A stretch of DNA of 63,283 nt, counting the filler, from Octopus bimaculoides (Eukaryota), in assembly GCF_001194135.2 (NCBI RefSeq). It is 5 parts of 5 records of this genome, joined end to end, with 100 filler letters (N's around TTAATTAATTAA, not from the genome) between each part and the next. Parts side by side here need not be neighbours in the genome. Positions count along the whole stretch, not along the records: positions 1 to 31,875 come from NC_068995.1; 4 more parts are not named here. One strand, given 5' to 3'. Of this stretch, positions 1 to 14,698 are shown piece by piece. The position numbers were made by a program, and so were the translations under genes. The notes under the pieces are model-generated. The model saw only the letters and a program-made list of their open reading frames with translations, had not been told where the DNA came from and did not search any database. How positions within the stretch are numbered: position 1 is the first letter of the stretch; each line of letters starts with the position of its first letter.

Positions 1-54
<54 letters not shown>

Positions 55-1766
55 AGAAAGACACATGGCTTAGTGGTTAGGTTATTTGTGAGTTCAATTC
101 CCTGCGACGTGTTGTGTCCTTAAGCAATACACTTTATATCACGTTGCAGGAAAAAAATGAGGTGTGACTATATTTTAAAGGGCCATCTTTGTCACGCTGA
201 ATCCACTCACACCCCACACCCCACTCTCACATACCCGGCCCCTACCCCTACCATCACGGATCGAGAACACATGTAGCGCACCAGTTCCAACAGTACCAAA
301 GTGAGATGTCGGAGAAAGCGAAAGGCAGGCAAGTTAGTCGAGCAAGCAGTGGATCGGGTGAAACACAATCCCCATTTTGGGAGCGTAACACACGGCAGGG
401 CTGAATTCGAAAGCTTCGCTACAACACAATGATATGATGTTGCTAATAGGATGGAAAGAAGGAAACTCGTGCAGTTATAGGTATGAGCAACAGTAGAGGA
501 AGGGCGGGCGAGCAGAGCGATGGCAATGTGGGAATAGGGTACGTAGATGTAGTGAGATGTCAGTTGACGGATATGGAAGTGGAACCTGCAGAGGATCGAG
601 TTCTTGAATCACAGAGTTTATGGAAGAGAACTACGTACTTAGGACTACGTATTATAGACAGTGGAGGGGTCGCAGGTCATTCTCTGTGAAAGGTCTATGG
701 AACTTTGTGCATTACTGATGTAGGTGAAAGAAGAGCAAGCAAGCAAGAATACAAAGACTGTTGAGAAGCGTCTGGCGGGCTCCAGCTAAGAAGAGGTAAT
801 CGGTGGGGGGGGGGCACCTGAGCGCCGTTTAGAAAAAAAGCTTTGGACTGATAAACCTTGGACGAGTTTCAAAATGACGGCGTATGTTGTTAGACCGGAA
901 ACACCTGATGACCCCAGGATGCAACACTGATGACGTGCCAAAGTATTGCTCCAGTAGACGGATGTTTAACGCATTTATATATACACTCATATGCATATAA
1001 ATACACACCTATACAATATATTGGATATATATTTTATGCAAGCTATATGAAAGGTTATAAGAAAGCTAAGTCAGTTTTCAGTATCTATCTATCTATCTAT
1101 CTATCAAAACAGAGATGTATATGCTAATATATATTAAATTAATATAAATGTATACACACACACATATACATAACATAGATAAATTTATATATAATACATG
1201 TGTGTGTGTGTGTGTGTGTGTGTAAAAGAAAAGGTATATGTGCAGATCGACGACGACTGTTCCTGTCGTTATATCATTTAGAAATGAGATAATGGCCACA
1301 TCTCTCATATGACGTAATCTCTTCGATTGCATATTTCACAGCAATCTTTACAGATTCTGGTTACGTTGCTATTTTCTGGAACGTGAGAAAAGCAATTAGA
1401 CTTGCGCTGCAACGCAGAAATCCGAGCTGTGACACGTGAACGAGAGTTCGCTGCTCAGGTACAAAAGAAGGAGAGGAAAAGAGAGAGAAGACAAGTGGAC
1501 ATTAACAAAGAGAGAAAAAAATGAAAGAAAGGAAAACGCTGTTTCTAGCGCAGCACCATTTGCAATTGCAACGATAGTGGAAGAAATAGCTTCGTTTGTT
1601 CCTGCTAGGATCGGACGAGTTAGAGAGCGACGGATTAGATCGTCCGGCAACGTTGTTAGAACGTTACATCGTTGCATCATGATGCGATAGTACGAAGGAT
1701 CATGAGGAGGACTGGAGACCCCTTTCTCTTCTGGAGGTACAAAGGAAGAGACAGCGATTCGATACA

Positions 1767-2151
1767 TGGCGGAATTTCAACACAAAACGTAACATCGGAA
1801 GAAATGCTGCCAAGCATTTTATCCGGCGCGCTAACGATTCTACTGCACGTCACCTTGATAAAAATATAACAATGATAATAATTTCTACTATAGGCAAAAA
1901 GCCTGAAATTTGGCGGGAGGGGACTAATCGATGATATCAATCCCAATGTTTCGCTGGTACTTAATTTATCAACCCTGAAAGGATGAAAGGCAAAGTCGAC
2001 CTAATAATAATAATCGTTATTTCAAATTTTTGCCACAAGGGCAGCTTGGTGGGGTAGGGGAGGTGGAGATGAATCGATTACATTGACCCAGTGTTCAGCT
2101 GGTACTTATTTTATCGACCCCAAAAGGATGAAAGTCAAAGCCGACCTCGGC
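1767..2151 (-). mobile_element. Cluster of partial family A SINEs (similar copies at 10380-10570, 13481-13640, 26015-26360 and 55350-55550 on minus; 50866-51050 on plus)
   Basis: Shared GGTACTTATTTTATCGACCCC..AAGGATGAAAGGCAAAGTCGACCTCGGCGGAATTTGAACTC segment. Confidence 0.75.
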
Positions 2152-2924
2152 GAACATCCGGCAGAAGAATTTCAGATAGACCGAGCGTGACCAACTGAGA
2201 CTACGGTTGATATCCGTAGTATTAGGTGGCCACGCTTGGGAATCCAGCCAGAAAGTGTAATGGTTGCTTCTGATAGGACTCTATGGATGGGGTGCTTGAG
2301 GATTCAACCGCCATGGCTCTCGAGAATGGGGAGCTGAGAAAATGAATGAATGGATACTACTACTACTACTACTACAACAATTTCCATTCCTTTATAAATG
2401 GACATCAACAAAGGCGATGGTGGCTCAACAAGGGAGCCTCTCTAAAGGATAACTCATACGGCTAGAAATACTAGACAAAGCCCTTCATTTTAGCTTCAAA
2501 GGGATAACGGAAAGATGCTGAGGAGAACAAAAAAACAAACAAAACAGTGACTGTGGTAAGGTCTGCAACCCCAAAGTAGGGTCTGCTCGATGGGGTTGAC
2601 CTGGGGCTAAAGAATAACAACAGCAGCAGGAACAGTGGTGGATATAGAATTGAATGTCGTTGTCCGTACAGGAATGTCAAAGATAAACAACAGCATTAAC
2701 CATCCACTCAAAGAATCCAGTATTCTTATTTCTAAGGAATTCGATTATCGTTATTTAAATTCAAAAGAAATATCTTTATTTGGAACTAAGACATACACGC
2801 ACCTGATTCAGAACTATCTCGAAACTACGCACCTACAAAACCCACACAGCTTTACACATTCATTAAATAAAGAGAAATAAACAAATAAGCTCTCTCTCTC
2901 TCTCCCTCTCATTCTCTCTCTATC

Positions 2925-2973
<49 letters not shown>

Positions 2974-3083
2974 GTATGTGTGTATAATGGAAAGTCGAGA
3001 AACAAACTGACAAAGATAAAAAAACAAACAAAAAAGACATAAGAAAACTTGACTAAACTTGACTAGACAAGATGTCTATAGCG

Positions 3084-3124
<41 letters not shown>

Positions 3125-3215
3125 GAATATATATATGCATGTATCTATATATTTTTTCATATACGCTATATATATATATATACACATACATACATAACAC
3201 ACACACACACATATT

Positions 3216-3246
<31 letters not shown>

Positions 3247-3936
3247 TTATATATATATTTACGAATATAAACAATATACATACTCACGCACACGCGTATG
3301 TGTGTGCGTGAGTGTTTGTGTGCGTGTGTTTGTGTAATTTACAAACAAGGGGAGAGAGGAGGGGTGAAATGAAAAGAAAAACGAACAAATAACGAATTAA
3401 TTCATTTTTGTTCAATTGTAATGCGAAATAACCTTCCCCCCTTCCTCTGTACACACACACACACACACACATACATACAAATGCATACATACATACATAT
3501 GATAGCGTGTCTGTGGGTTGGTGGTGGTGGTGGTGGTGGTGGTTTGTGCCCGTGGACAGCGAGGGAAGGCACCTATCGTTTTCGAAACACGTGTCGCGTG
3601 TAATAATGGCCGTAAACTGTCGATGGGTCGATATTGGTGTTTGTCATTTAGTGATGGAGGTATTTCAGCCGGATGTACATATGTCACGTGAGCTGTTTTA
3701 TTGTTGTATTCGTACTTTTAGTCATTTTGAGTTTATTCCTAAATGATCGATGGCGCGATTTATGCTTTGATATTTGCTGTTTGTTGAATTACTTGTTTGC
3801 ATGGATGTATGTGCGTGCGTGCGTGCGTGCGTGAGTATGTATGTATGAATATATGTGTATGCTGAGTAATGAGATGGGTGTTGTGTGTCAAGTTGATGCA
3901 ATCAAGATACATGTGGATGTAGACACACACACACAT

Positions 3937-3969
<33 letters not shown>

Positions 3970-5263
3970 ACATACACACGTAGATATATACGTATGTATA
4001 AATATTTGGGCCCTGCAGCTGTAAAGAACCGGTTTCGATCTCACTGATAAGGGCTAGGGTGAGTGAGTGAGTGAGTGTGTGACTAAATTTTCACTCGGAA
4101 ACGATTAGCTATCTCACACAACCTCTCACCATTTCTCTTCAAATCTTTCCAATCGGAGATTTTCTGATAAAAGATCGCGTCCAATCCCTTTGTATTTACT
4201 ATCAGCAGATCATTCGTTTCTTGTTTTCTACTGTAGACTTATACCATGCGCTCAAATATTTCATAGCTTTATGACTATTTTATTGAACACTTTCACTGAA
4301 TAGTACATTGCTGAGACTAATTACGGTGTGCTTTATGAAATGCGGATCAATTTTTGATTGCCCACGATGTACGTTCTTCGGAACTTTATTCTGTGCTGAT
4401 CACTTGAATTGATTTTTCCTAGTAAGATGATTTTAGCCGGTTGGATATAGAAATGCCTGCCTTTCGACATATTTCTCTTAAGTAAATGCTGGTTACAGAT
4501 GGATTTTGTCTTTTTACATCGCCTGATGACAGATACAGTTCCCGAAAGCTTTTAGTCAGGAGGGGGTAATGCCCATGACTCTTTATATGGTCACCGATGC
4601 TTGTGACGTAGTGTGGGAAGGGGAAGAACGAACTCTCAAATCAGAAATGTGGCGCAAATAATTGTAAGGGAGTAGAGTCTGTTAAAAGCATTTAAGAAAC
4701 CCCTTTAGCGGGGTCGGTTCCATAGCCAGTTAGTGTTAAAGTACGCCATGAAATGTAGATGCATGTATGTGTGTGTGTATGAATGTCATTGTTCAGTTTT
4801 ATTTCAAGATTTTTGGCCAATAGAGAAAGAGCCGGTTTCGAACCTAGATCCAGGGCTCCTTCATTGGAATTTCAACATCAACAACAGGGTATTTTTGTTT
4901 GTTTGTTTGTTTGTATTTATATGTGCAGATTTATATATGTATTCTCATACATATCGCTGCATATCTAGACATGCTCATACACACTTAAATGATAAACTAC
5001 TGGAAAGTTTTACAGATTCTTACAGTTCCAGTGATGGATCGGATCTGTAGTCTTCGGATCAGCTTTTTCCTTTCTAATTTTGAGAAGCCTAATTTCCTAA
5101 GTTTCGTACTCACCACAACTTTCTCTCACTCTTTCTTCCTGTTTCTGTTGTACCTGTTTTTCAAAGGTTCTTTGAAAAACAGGAACACAACGCACCACCA
5201 GGTCTAGGGATTGAAATCACAATCGTAAGATCGTGAGTACAACACTTTTACCACTAACCCATG

Positions 5264-5308
<45 letters not shown>

Positions 5309-6881
5309 GAGAGAGAGAGAGAGAGGTGTAAGACGTGGTAAAAAAAAGAGTGACTGAGTGGAAGACCTGCAAAATCCTGTGGGATTTCCAAATCCAATCA
5401 GACCAAGTGCTTGAGTACAAGAAGTAGGACCTAGTGGTGGTGTACAAGGTGAGCCACATACGCTGTACAGTTGACGTTGCGTGCTCCTCTGACACATGAA
5501 CAGCCAAGAAGGAAGACAAAGAATGAGATATATACAATCTTTTTATATATGAGAATGCTCGACTGGGAAAGGAAGAGGTTATTGATGTGTGTTTGGTGAA
5601 AAGGCATCAACGAATTGTGTAGACTATAAAGGAAATAGGGACAGCGTGCCCAACAGAGCTGCCACAAAAGCCTTTCCTTCTTGGCACAGCCAGAATCACA
5701 AAGAAAGTATCAACTGGTTGAAAATAACAGATAGAGAGGTAGCGTAGGCTCCTTAGCCATTATCAATGGGAAATACTAAGGGGGGCAACTCTGCACAGAT
5801 CTAATCAAGAAGTGGCTTTAACAAAAATACAGTCAACAACTTTGCTCGATTTGCGTTAGGAGACGGCCAAGATCGGGACAATTACAGTAAAATACCAGCG
5901 CCAAGCAAGATTTAGACATAAATGAACTTTAGGTTAGTTTTGTAAAAAATGTAAAAACACCATATTTGTCCAGTGCTGCCACCTGTCGGATTCCCAGACA
6001 CTGATGTTTCTAACTTTCTAGCCGTAATCAATGGAAAATACCGAAGAGAGACATCTCTGGACATAGTGTTTTCACACCTTTTTTTTTTTTTTCATCATAA
6101 GAGGAAATTTTTTTTCTGCACGGTAACTGCAGTAGATTTATCTTTAGCAGTTCAGATATGTCACAAACAGATTCTAACTAACCTAAAGTACGCTTATACT
6201 TAAAGATCTTCAACATACTTCTATCCCTGTTACTAACGCTAGTTTCATCATTCAAACGCTTGTCATGTTGTTCTTTCTTCTCTTAGTTACACACAACCTG
6301 TTGACGCCCATCACACAAAGCGAACTGACGAACGTTAATTGAGGAAATGTTTAGCCATATTTTGGCGGAGTAAAAAATGACGTAATCATTATGAAGGCTC
6401 GCCTTGACCGTTATCTGAAGACTTATTCAATGAAAATGAAAGGAGACGATTAGGAAATATTTGCTTAACATTAAAGAAAAAATAAGAGGAATTTTCGGGT
6501 TTCTTTCTTCTTTCATTTATATTTCTTTTCCTTTATTTTCTCATATTTTATTTCTTTTATTTTCCCTGTCTTTGTTTCCTTTGACGAAATCATAGAAAAG
6601 AATAAATCTTAAAATTCAACAGCAGAAAGAGTGAGAATTGTGGAAATGTGTATGTTTGGATGCGCATGAGGGTACGTTCGCGTGCGTGTGGACGTTTGTG
6701 ATAGAACAGGTTTAATTGTACCGAAATTGTGTGTTGAAAGGTATGAATATACAGACATATATATATATATATATATATACATTATACGCACACACAACAC
6801 ACAAATATATAAACGTGTGTATATATCTATATTATGCACATGAGTGTATGTTTGCACGTATGTGTGTGTATATGGATGTAA

Positions 6882-6988
<107 letters not shown>

Positions 6989-7599
6989 GTTGTCTATGTG
7001 TAACTGGGCGTTCTTACTGTTGAGATGTTATTTGGCTCCGGTCCTCGTTTGCATTTTGGTTGAAGGACTTTAAACTCTGTTCCACGCACCTGCCCACTTT
7101 GCCCAACCAACCTACGACACAGCGAGACGTGAGTTCAATACTATTGAAAAGCCTTGAAACACTAATGGGAAGAGCAGATGTCTCAAAGAGATTTATAGAA
7201 ATACTACAAGGATAATAACAACAAAGAAAGGAATAAAACAACAAATAACAAGGTGTGATTGCAAGCGTCCGTTTGAAAAAAAAACTTGAGTCTGAAATAC
7301 TACTACTAGTACTAATAATAATAATCTTTATTATTATTATTATTATTATTATTATCATTGATGACAATGCGTCGACAATAGCAAGAAAGGAAAATTCGCT
7401 TTTGAATTAAAACTTTATACTGGCCAACAATGCTACGGCAGAAGCAGCAGCAGCCACCACCACAAACAACAATAGCAACAACGGTAACAACAACTACAAC
7501 AATAGCAACAAGTGTTGCTTTTAACGAAATTAAATCAAAATATATACACCCACACAAACACATACATATGTATATAGATCTATATATACACACACACAT

Positions 7600-7631
<32 letters not shown>

Positions 7632-7676
7632 CACCCACACAAACACACATATAGATCTATATATATACACACACAT

Positions 7677-7710
<34 letters not shown>

Positions 7711-8369
7711 ATACACCCACACAAACACATACATATAGATCTATATATATACACACACATTATNNNNNNNNNNNNNNNNNNNNNNNNNNNNNNNNNNNNN
7801 NNNNNNNNNNNNNNNNNNNNNNNNNNNNNNNNNNNNNNNNNNNNNNNNNNNNNNNNNNNNNNNNNNNNNNNNNNNNNNNNNNNNNNNNNNNNNNNNNNNN
7901 NNNNNNNNNNNNNNNNNNNNNNNNNNNNNNNNNNNNNNNNNNNNNNNNNNNNNNNNNNNNNNNNNNNNNNNNNNNNNNNNNNNNNNNNNNNNNNNNNNNN
8001 NNNNNNNNNNNNNNNNNNNNNNNNNNNNNNNNNNNNNNNNNNNNNNNNNNNNNNNNNNNNNNNNNNNNNNNNNNNNNNNNNNNNNNNNNNNNNNNNNNNN
8101 NNNNNNNNNNNNNNNNNNNNNNNNNNNNNNNNNNNNNNNNNNNNNNNNNNNNNNNNNNNNNNNNNNNNNNNNNNNNNNNNNNNNNNNNNNNNNNNNNNNN
8201 NNNNNNNNNNNNNNNNNNNNNNNNNNNNNNNNNNNNNNNNNNNNNNNNNNNNNNNNNNNNNNNNNNNNNNNNNNNNNNNNNNNNNNNNNNNNNNNNNNNN
8301 NNNNNNNNNNNNNNNNNNNNNNNNNNNNNNNNNNNNNNNNNNNNNNNNNNNNNNNNNNNNNNNNNNNNN

Positions 8370-8426
<57 letters not shown>

Positions 8427-8483
8427 GTATATATATATATATATATATCTTATGTGTGTGTGTGTGTATAACGGTATACTTAC

Positions 8484-8709
8484 TGCTAGAAACATATCCA
8501 ACATGTCGTCGTTATTCCGGAAGGTTATGTCGTTCCATGGTATTCGTTCCTTCTTGTACTGTTGCTGTTCAAAAACGAACACGTGATCATTGAAGAATGA
8601 CTGAAGCTGCTCATTGGCCACATTGATACACAGCTGCTCGAAGCTGTTCACTCTGGCATTCTCGAATCCAGACATGTCCAGTATAGCCACCGCCGACAAA
8701 TCTTTGTCT
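8484..8709 (-). CDS. Myosin exon 10 containing switch II and the relay helix ([37 protein letters not shown]...DMFLA)
   Basis: tttggcAG / GTAAGT boundaries, 226 nt, phase 2-0. Confidence 0.96.
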
Positions 8710-11700
8710 CTGCCAAACGATAAACACAGGTAGTAGTAGTAGTAGTAGTAGTAGTAATAGTAGTAGTAGTAATTTATAACAAAAGTATAAAGTCGTTTGC
8801 AGAAAGGTAAAAGTTGATGAAATCGATCCCCAGGAATTGAGCGCCAACCAATTTTATACTTCGGTGAGATTTCAACTCTGAACGTGAAAAGCCCAAATAC
8901 CACGATGCTGTAATGATTCTAATAACCGACCGCCCAATGCACACATATACTGGTGGTAAATTGCAAGATTTGTTAGAGAGCACCAAACTACATTCGTTTC
9001 AGTATCAAGTATTGTCCAACTAAGCCATACAGGTTTCAAATCTTATCAAATTAGGTGTTGACTCTCAACAGTCCGGGGGCTGGCCGCATTACAATATAGA
9101 AATAGAGTTTAAAACAGATATAAAAGAATAATAAGGAAACCTTGTAGACTTACTTGTATTGAATGAGCGCCCCCAAGCGGACGTTCACTTGACGTACGAT
9201 CCAACCAAAGAGTCTGGCATATAAGACCTTGGCCAACGCATCACGACCGTCTGTGGCTTCGAAGAGAGTCTTGTTCTTGATCACTTTCTCATCTAAAGAC
9301 AGAGATAAAACGACGTAAAGACATCATCATCGGCATTGAAATTAATCATTATCGTCGTCGGCGACCATCGTTAGAAAGGAAAGTCAACCTCCTCCTCCTC
9401 CTCCTCCTCCTCATCATCATCATCATCGTCGTCGTCATCTTTAATCTTTTCTTTATACTCTTCCTCATTGTTATCGTCGTCATAGTCGATGATATATTTA
9501 CACACACAACACCTCCCACGCACACACACACCTGTCTATATACATCACCTCCGTAAAGATAGACAGAAAGATGCATCATTTATAAAGAGCGAGGCTGACA
9601 TAGAAATATATAAATAAATAGATTGCAGGTGAGGTGGGTGGATATATAGATTTTTATGCATAGACACATATATAAAGACACTCACCTCTTGTGAACGACG
9701 CGTTTGTAAGAAGAGCCTCTTCAAAACTGTCTTCTTGCAAACTCATCAGCTTACAAACTGCAAGATAAAAATAATAATAATATTATTGTTATTTCACAGA
9801 TGCGTAGAAACTACTGAAGGGAAATAAAAATGTTTTAGTGTTTTTCAATTAAGTCGATGTTCTGCAAAACAGTCGAGTAAAGGAACAATAGTTATGAGCG
9901 TCAGTGTTGGATTTAGCTTAATCTATCCGGAATATTGGATCTATTTGGGAAGATGTTGAGACGTACACATAAACGAAGATGACTTCTCTGCAAATGAATC
10001 GCTTTTCTCTCATCTTTTCACTAAAGAAACAAATGCAGCAAATCAACAAGTTGTGGGGGGGGGGGGTAAATAAAATAAAATTAAATTAAAAAATAATAGA
10101 GAAGCTTACCGTGATGTAAAGACATTTTGTCTGCAATAGTCACAGAATCAGTGTCTTCGACTTTAGAGAATGAGATATTGGTAATATGGAGGACAGAGGC
10201 GAGTAAAGTGAAAATGATGGAGATTTCCTGTGGGGGTTAAAACAACAATAACAACATCAATCAAAACAGTAACATCAACTTTGATTTCTAATACAGTCAC
10301 AATATCTCACACACTTTCTCTCTCTCTCTCACACACACAGTCACAATGCCTCCACATTTTGTGAGCAAGTAACAAGCGATGATACACACTCTAGCATTTC
10401 GCTGGTACTTTACATACACTCCAGTACTTGACTGGTCCTTCATTTTATTGGATTTTCCCTTGGAAGGGTAAACGGTCTTTGATAGGATTTGGACGAACGA
10501 GAAACGAGCGCAAATGAATACCGCAAACTATTTTGTTCGCTGCTCTACCGATTCTGCCAGTCCACAGCATCAACGTCAGCGAGACAACTAATTGCCTTTA
10601 CTAGGTTGCTTGATCTGCTACAAACAGCCGCCAAATTCCCATCAAATCATACCATAACGTCTTAAAAGATACATTGTATAATGCAGTCCTAGATATTGTC
10701 TAAAAATCAACGAGATGGTCATGGCTGGAGCATTGTTGATAATTGGTATGAATGAAGGATAACTTAAGGCTAAACAACAATACCACCAGCAACTACTACT
10801 ACTGTTTCTGTTGTTGCTGCTGTCGCTATTACTACTGCTACTACTAACTTTAACATAGGCCTAGGGTCACAAGTTTTAGAACAGGAGAGCTGTCAATTAC
10901 ACATTTTGTAATGTAGTCCTAGATACACTATGTACGAATATAAACGTAACGGCTGGAATTCCTGCTCGAATGTCTTTCAAAACAGGTCTACTCGCAGAAT
11001 CCTGACCTAGGGTTAAACAACAACATCAAGAACACCAGTGATCGCCAATCTTACCCAATCTGTGAATCCCACCACTTTTAGTAAAGTCAGTTGTTTATGG
11101 AACATGAATTTGTTGTGTTCGAAGTCTTCTTTGTCGCCGTAGATTGGTTGTTTCTTGTTTTCATTATGTAGGATTCTATAATAAATAGATAAACAAATAA
11201 ATAAATAAATAACAACAATAATAATAATTTTGCCTCACGTGCTAAAAGTTCTGCCAGCTTGCATCACTGGTGATGAATATGGTGATGGTAGTGATGGTGG
11301 TGTCACCCATTTTTAGAGGATGAAGCAGCCGATTATATCAGCACCAGTATTTGAATTGTACTTAACTTATACACACACACACGTATATATAGGGAGAAAA
11401 AAAATAGGGAATCTAATTAGAGAAGTAATATTTAATTACAAACCTGAAATCTTCCGGAGATTTGAGAAAATAATCACTGAGTTCGTTGTTTGTCATTCCA
11501 GCAAACATGTAGTAAAATATATGGAAGTTCTTTTCTCTGCAGCTTTGTTGAATGACGCGTGTCTTCTCCAGCAGGAAATCCTGAATTTGGGCTGAAATAC
11601 GTAAAACAACATATAGGTGTCGCTTTTACTTAGGCTAAAGACCCTCTCTCTGTTTCTATCTACCTATCTATCTATCTATTAATATTTGTTTTTTCTTATT

Positions 11701-12088
11701 AAAAGTCATAAATAAAAACAATCTAATATTAAATTGAAGGATAATTCGATACTTTTTGGTAGAGAGTGTATTTCTTATACCCATATTTCTTATACCCATA
11801 TTGTTGACGTCATAAGAATTTTATTGATTTTCGAAAGTGAAATAATACTTTTTCGGAATTGCAGGCCTTGAAGCAAACATAAAGTCATAAATAATTACAT
11901 ATAAATATTGGATTGGAAAACACTTTTGGATAGAAAAAGTCGAAGCTTTCCCATGGGCTCCAGGCCATATATCTGGAAAATGTGGGTTCAATTCTTATCG
12001 CCAATCTTCGATTTTTTTGTATCCCAAAGGGTTTTTCAACCCAATACTACAGGGTATTATATCTATATATATATACACACACACGTGT

Positions 12089-12141
<53 letters not shown>

Positions 12142-14663
12142 TTCGCATATATGCATGTTAATGTGACACCTACCACCAATGAGGTTTCCTTCCTGCGTAA
12201 ATTTCATCTCGAGATATTTGCCAAACCTGCTCGAATTGTCATTCATGATTGTCTTGGCATTACCAAAAGCTTCCAAAAGAGGGTTGACCTGTTTAATAGA
12301 ATAAAAATTAAAGACGTTCAGTTCTTTCTGCAAATCCAAAAAATATAACCTGCAGGATTTTTTACATTTTCTTTCATAACCGATTTAATTTATTTTCTTA
12401 TGCCCTGTTCAGAACAGGGGGGGGGGTCGTTAGATTCCATCACTTGTATTGGGGTCCTTCTTTATTGCAGGGGTTCACTGCAAAATGGTTTATCTCTGGG
12501 AATTGAGTAAGCCAATGCGACTTGTTTTATAACCGGTTCATTGGTGACTAAACCGGAAAACGGGCAACACTCCTCCTCCACGACATCGCCTTGGTGGGTC
12601 TAAAGTGCGACAGCTTGAAAGGTCTCGAAAAACTTGTTTAATTATGGCACATGAACTAAACAAAGAGTCAACGGCCATCGACCAAATCTAGAGACGGAGA
12701 GTGAGGAAGAGTTCCAATTAATGCTGTTGAGTATAGCATGGTTGATACGGCGCAGATTCTGTTGGCAGTCCCTGTCCCCCCCACCCTCGCTGTTGTATGT
12801 GTGTGTGTGTGTGTGCACGGATGCACGTATATTTCCGTTATCTATCTTTATGTTTAGTTCTGTATATGTGTGCATGCTCATCTACCTCTGTCTGTGAAAA
12901 TGAATGCATGTACATAAATGCAATAGCGCACGCGCGCATGCAAATATATATGTATATTTATTTTATTCTTTAATTTGAAGAGGTAGAGAGGAAGAAGGGA
13001 GGATGAAGACGAGAGGAAGGCCGTGACCTTTGCAAGCTCCCACCCTGAAGTGAACACGGTTGTTGACAAAATTAAGTCCTTGTCGGTTAATGTTGCAAAC
13101 GGCCTCGATCCCAAAAAACGTGGCAAAGAGAAAATTAAAGAAGTATCGGTTAACTTACCTCGGTGATTTTATTGGCCAACTGTTGTTGGCAATTGGATGT
13201 ACTCTGTTTAGAGATGTGTCGTATCATGTGTTTTGTACTTTCCGTTTTACCGGAACCAGACAGACCACTAACCAGAATGCACTGCACTCGGCCGGTCTCT
13301 CGCATTTTTTGGTACGCATTGTCAGCCAACCAGAAAATATGTGGTTCCAAAGAGCTTCGTATTTGCAAATTCTTATAACTTTCGTGAATCTGAAAAGACA
13401 AAATTTTCTGAATTATTATTCTGTCTTGTTTGGGGCACAAAGCAAGTTTTATTCTGATGGGAAGAAATAAGTTGATTAGACCCCCACCCCAGTGCTCAAC
13501 TAGTACTCATTTTCTCAACGCCAAAAGGATGAAGAGCAAAGTCGACTTTGGCGGAATTTAAGCTCCGAGCTTAATGAATCGGAAGAAATGCAGCTAAACA
13601 TGTTATCCGGCACTCTAATGAATCTGCCAGCTCACCACCCTTGTATCAGTACGTAAAGGAACGTAACTTACACCACAAACGTGTCATTGATTACTCTACC
13701 GATTCTGTAATAATTTCCCCCCTCATAATGAGATCAATTAATTAACTACAAAAGAAGCTATGTAAAAGTTCCTTTCTCGAATCGTGTTGGAGGAGGTCCT
13801 CTGCTGGCCCTTGTACGTGCTTGTGTAGGGGCTGCTCCTGTCAGTTTTTATAGGGGATTCTTCGTTGTTTTATGTGAAGGTTGTTTCTTTCATTTATGAA
13901 AGGGATCCCACATTAACGTGATGGTGCTTGGCGCAGAGGCTGGAGGTGTTACGATTGTAAGATAGTTGTTTCAATTCCAGAACTGAGAGGAGAGTTGCAT
14001 GCTTGTGCAAAATGCATCGTTTCACGTTGCTTCAGTCGACTTAGCTGTAAATAGCGTCCATGAATAGCAGGGAAATCAATCCTGCGATAGAACGACGTCC
14101 TATTCGGGGTTGGTGTGATTAGAAGAGAGTGTTGTGATCTCGGTTGCTTACTTGCGATAGAAATTTGGTATCGGGCCTCATGAGTTCTGGGGTCCGAGAC
14201 AGACCTTACGTTAAGCCCTATATTGACGCGAGTCCGGACTCATCCTTTGGTTTCTGTAATGATCCACTGCTTAGATCGATTGTGAGGTGATGCAGTGGCA
14301 TTCATGTCCGATGCATAAACAGAAAAATATATAAATGTATGCTAAACACTTGAGGACTTTCAAGAGCTGAACATTTAGTTATGAGAAGGGCTGACCTCGG
14401 GACATTGCAAACCAATCTAATTTGCTACAGAAACCGATCAAAGTTCTCTCTATAAGAAAAAGAATGACAGGTTTGAGGCAGAAATAACGCGCATGAATGG
14501 TCCAGTTGCGATTTCCAATGGAAGGGATTAAGACACAGATGGCTCATAAACACAAGGAAACGCTCAATGTGGATGGCGAAGCTGCTGCGATAATGGGGAA
14601 GAAACAACCCACCGAATACTGTGCCCTCTGGAACATCCTATCTCTATATGGACGTATTTTCCC

Positions 14664-14698
<35 letters not shown>

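Noticed and set aside
890-960. Two CTGATGA heptamers as hammerhead cores
   Set aside because: No downstream stem II plus GAAA and no pairing stem I could be found; probably a decayed repeat.
4290-4400. PHFIK-like string (KIDPHFIKH) resembling the myosin PHF.RCIKPN motif
   Set aside because: Bounded by in-frame stops and lacks RCIKPN and suitable splice sites.
6298-6414. Minus-strand AG...GT-bounded open frame ITVKASLHNDY...FALCDGRQQ as the next myosin exon
   Set aside because: Phase is compatible, but there is no convincing match to the expected KP.G.L.LLDEE / HYAG segment and the donor (GTTGTG) is weak.
7014-7200. Minus-strand ORF ...PISVSRLFNSIELTSRC... as a myosin exon
   Set aside because: No myosin motifs and no good in-phase acceptor.
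7599-8903. 434-aa ORF in the track as a single CDS
   Set aside because: Only 8484-8709 is a real exon; the rest is microsatellite and N-run read-through.
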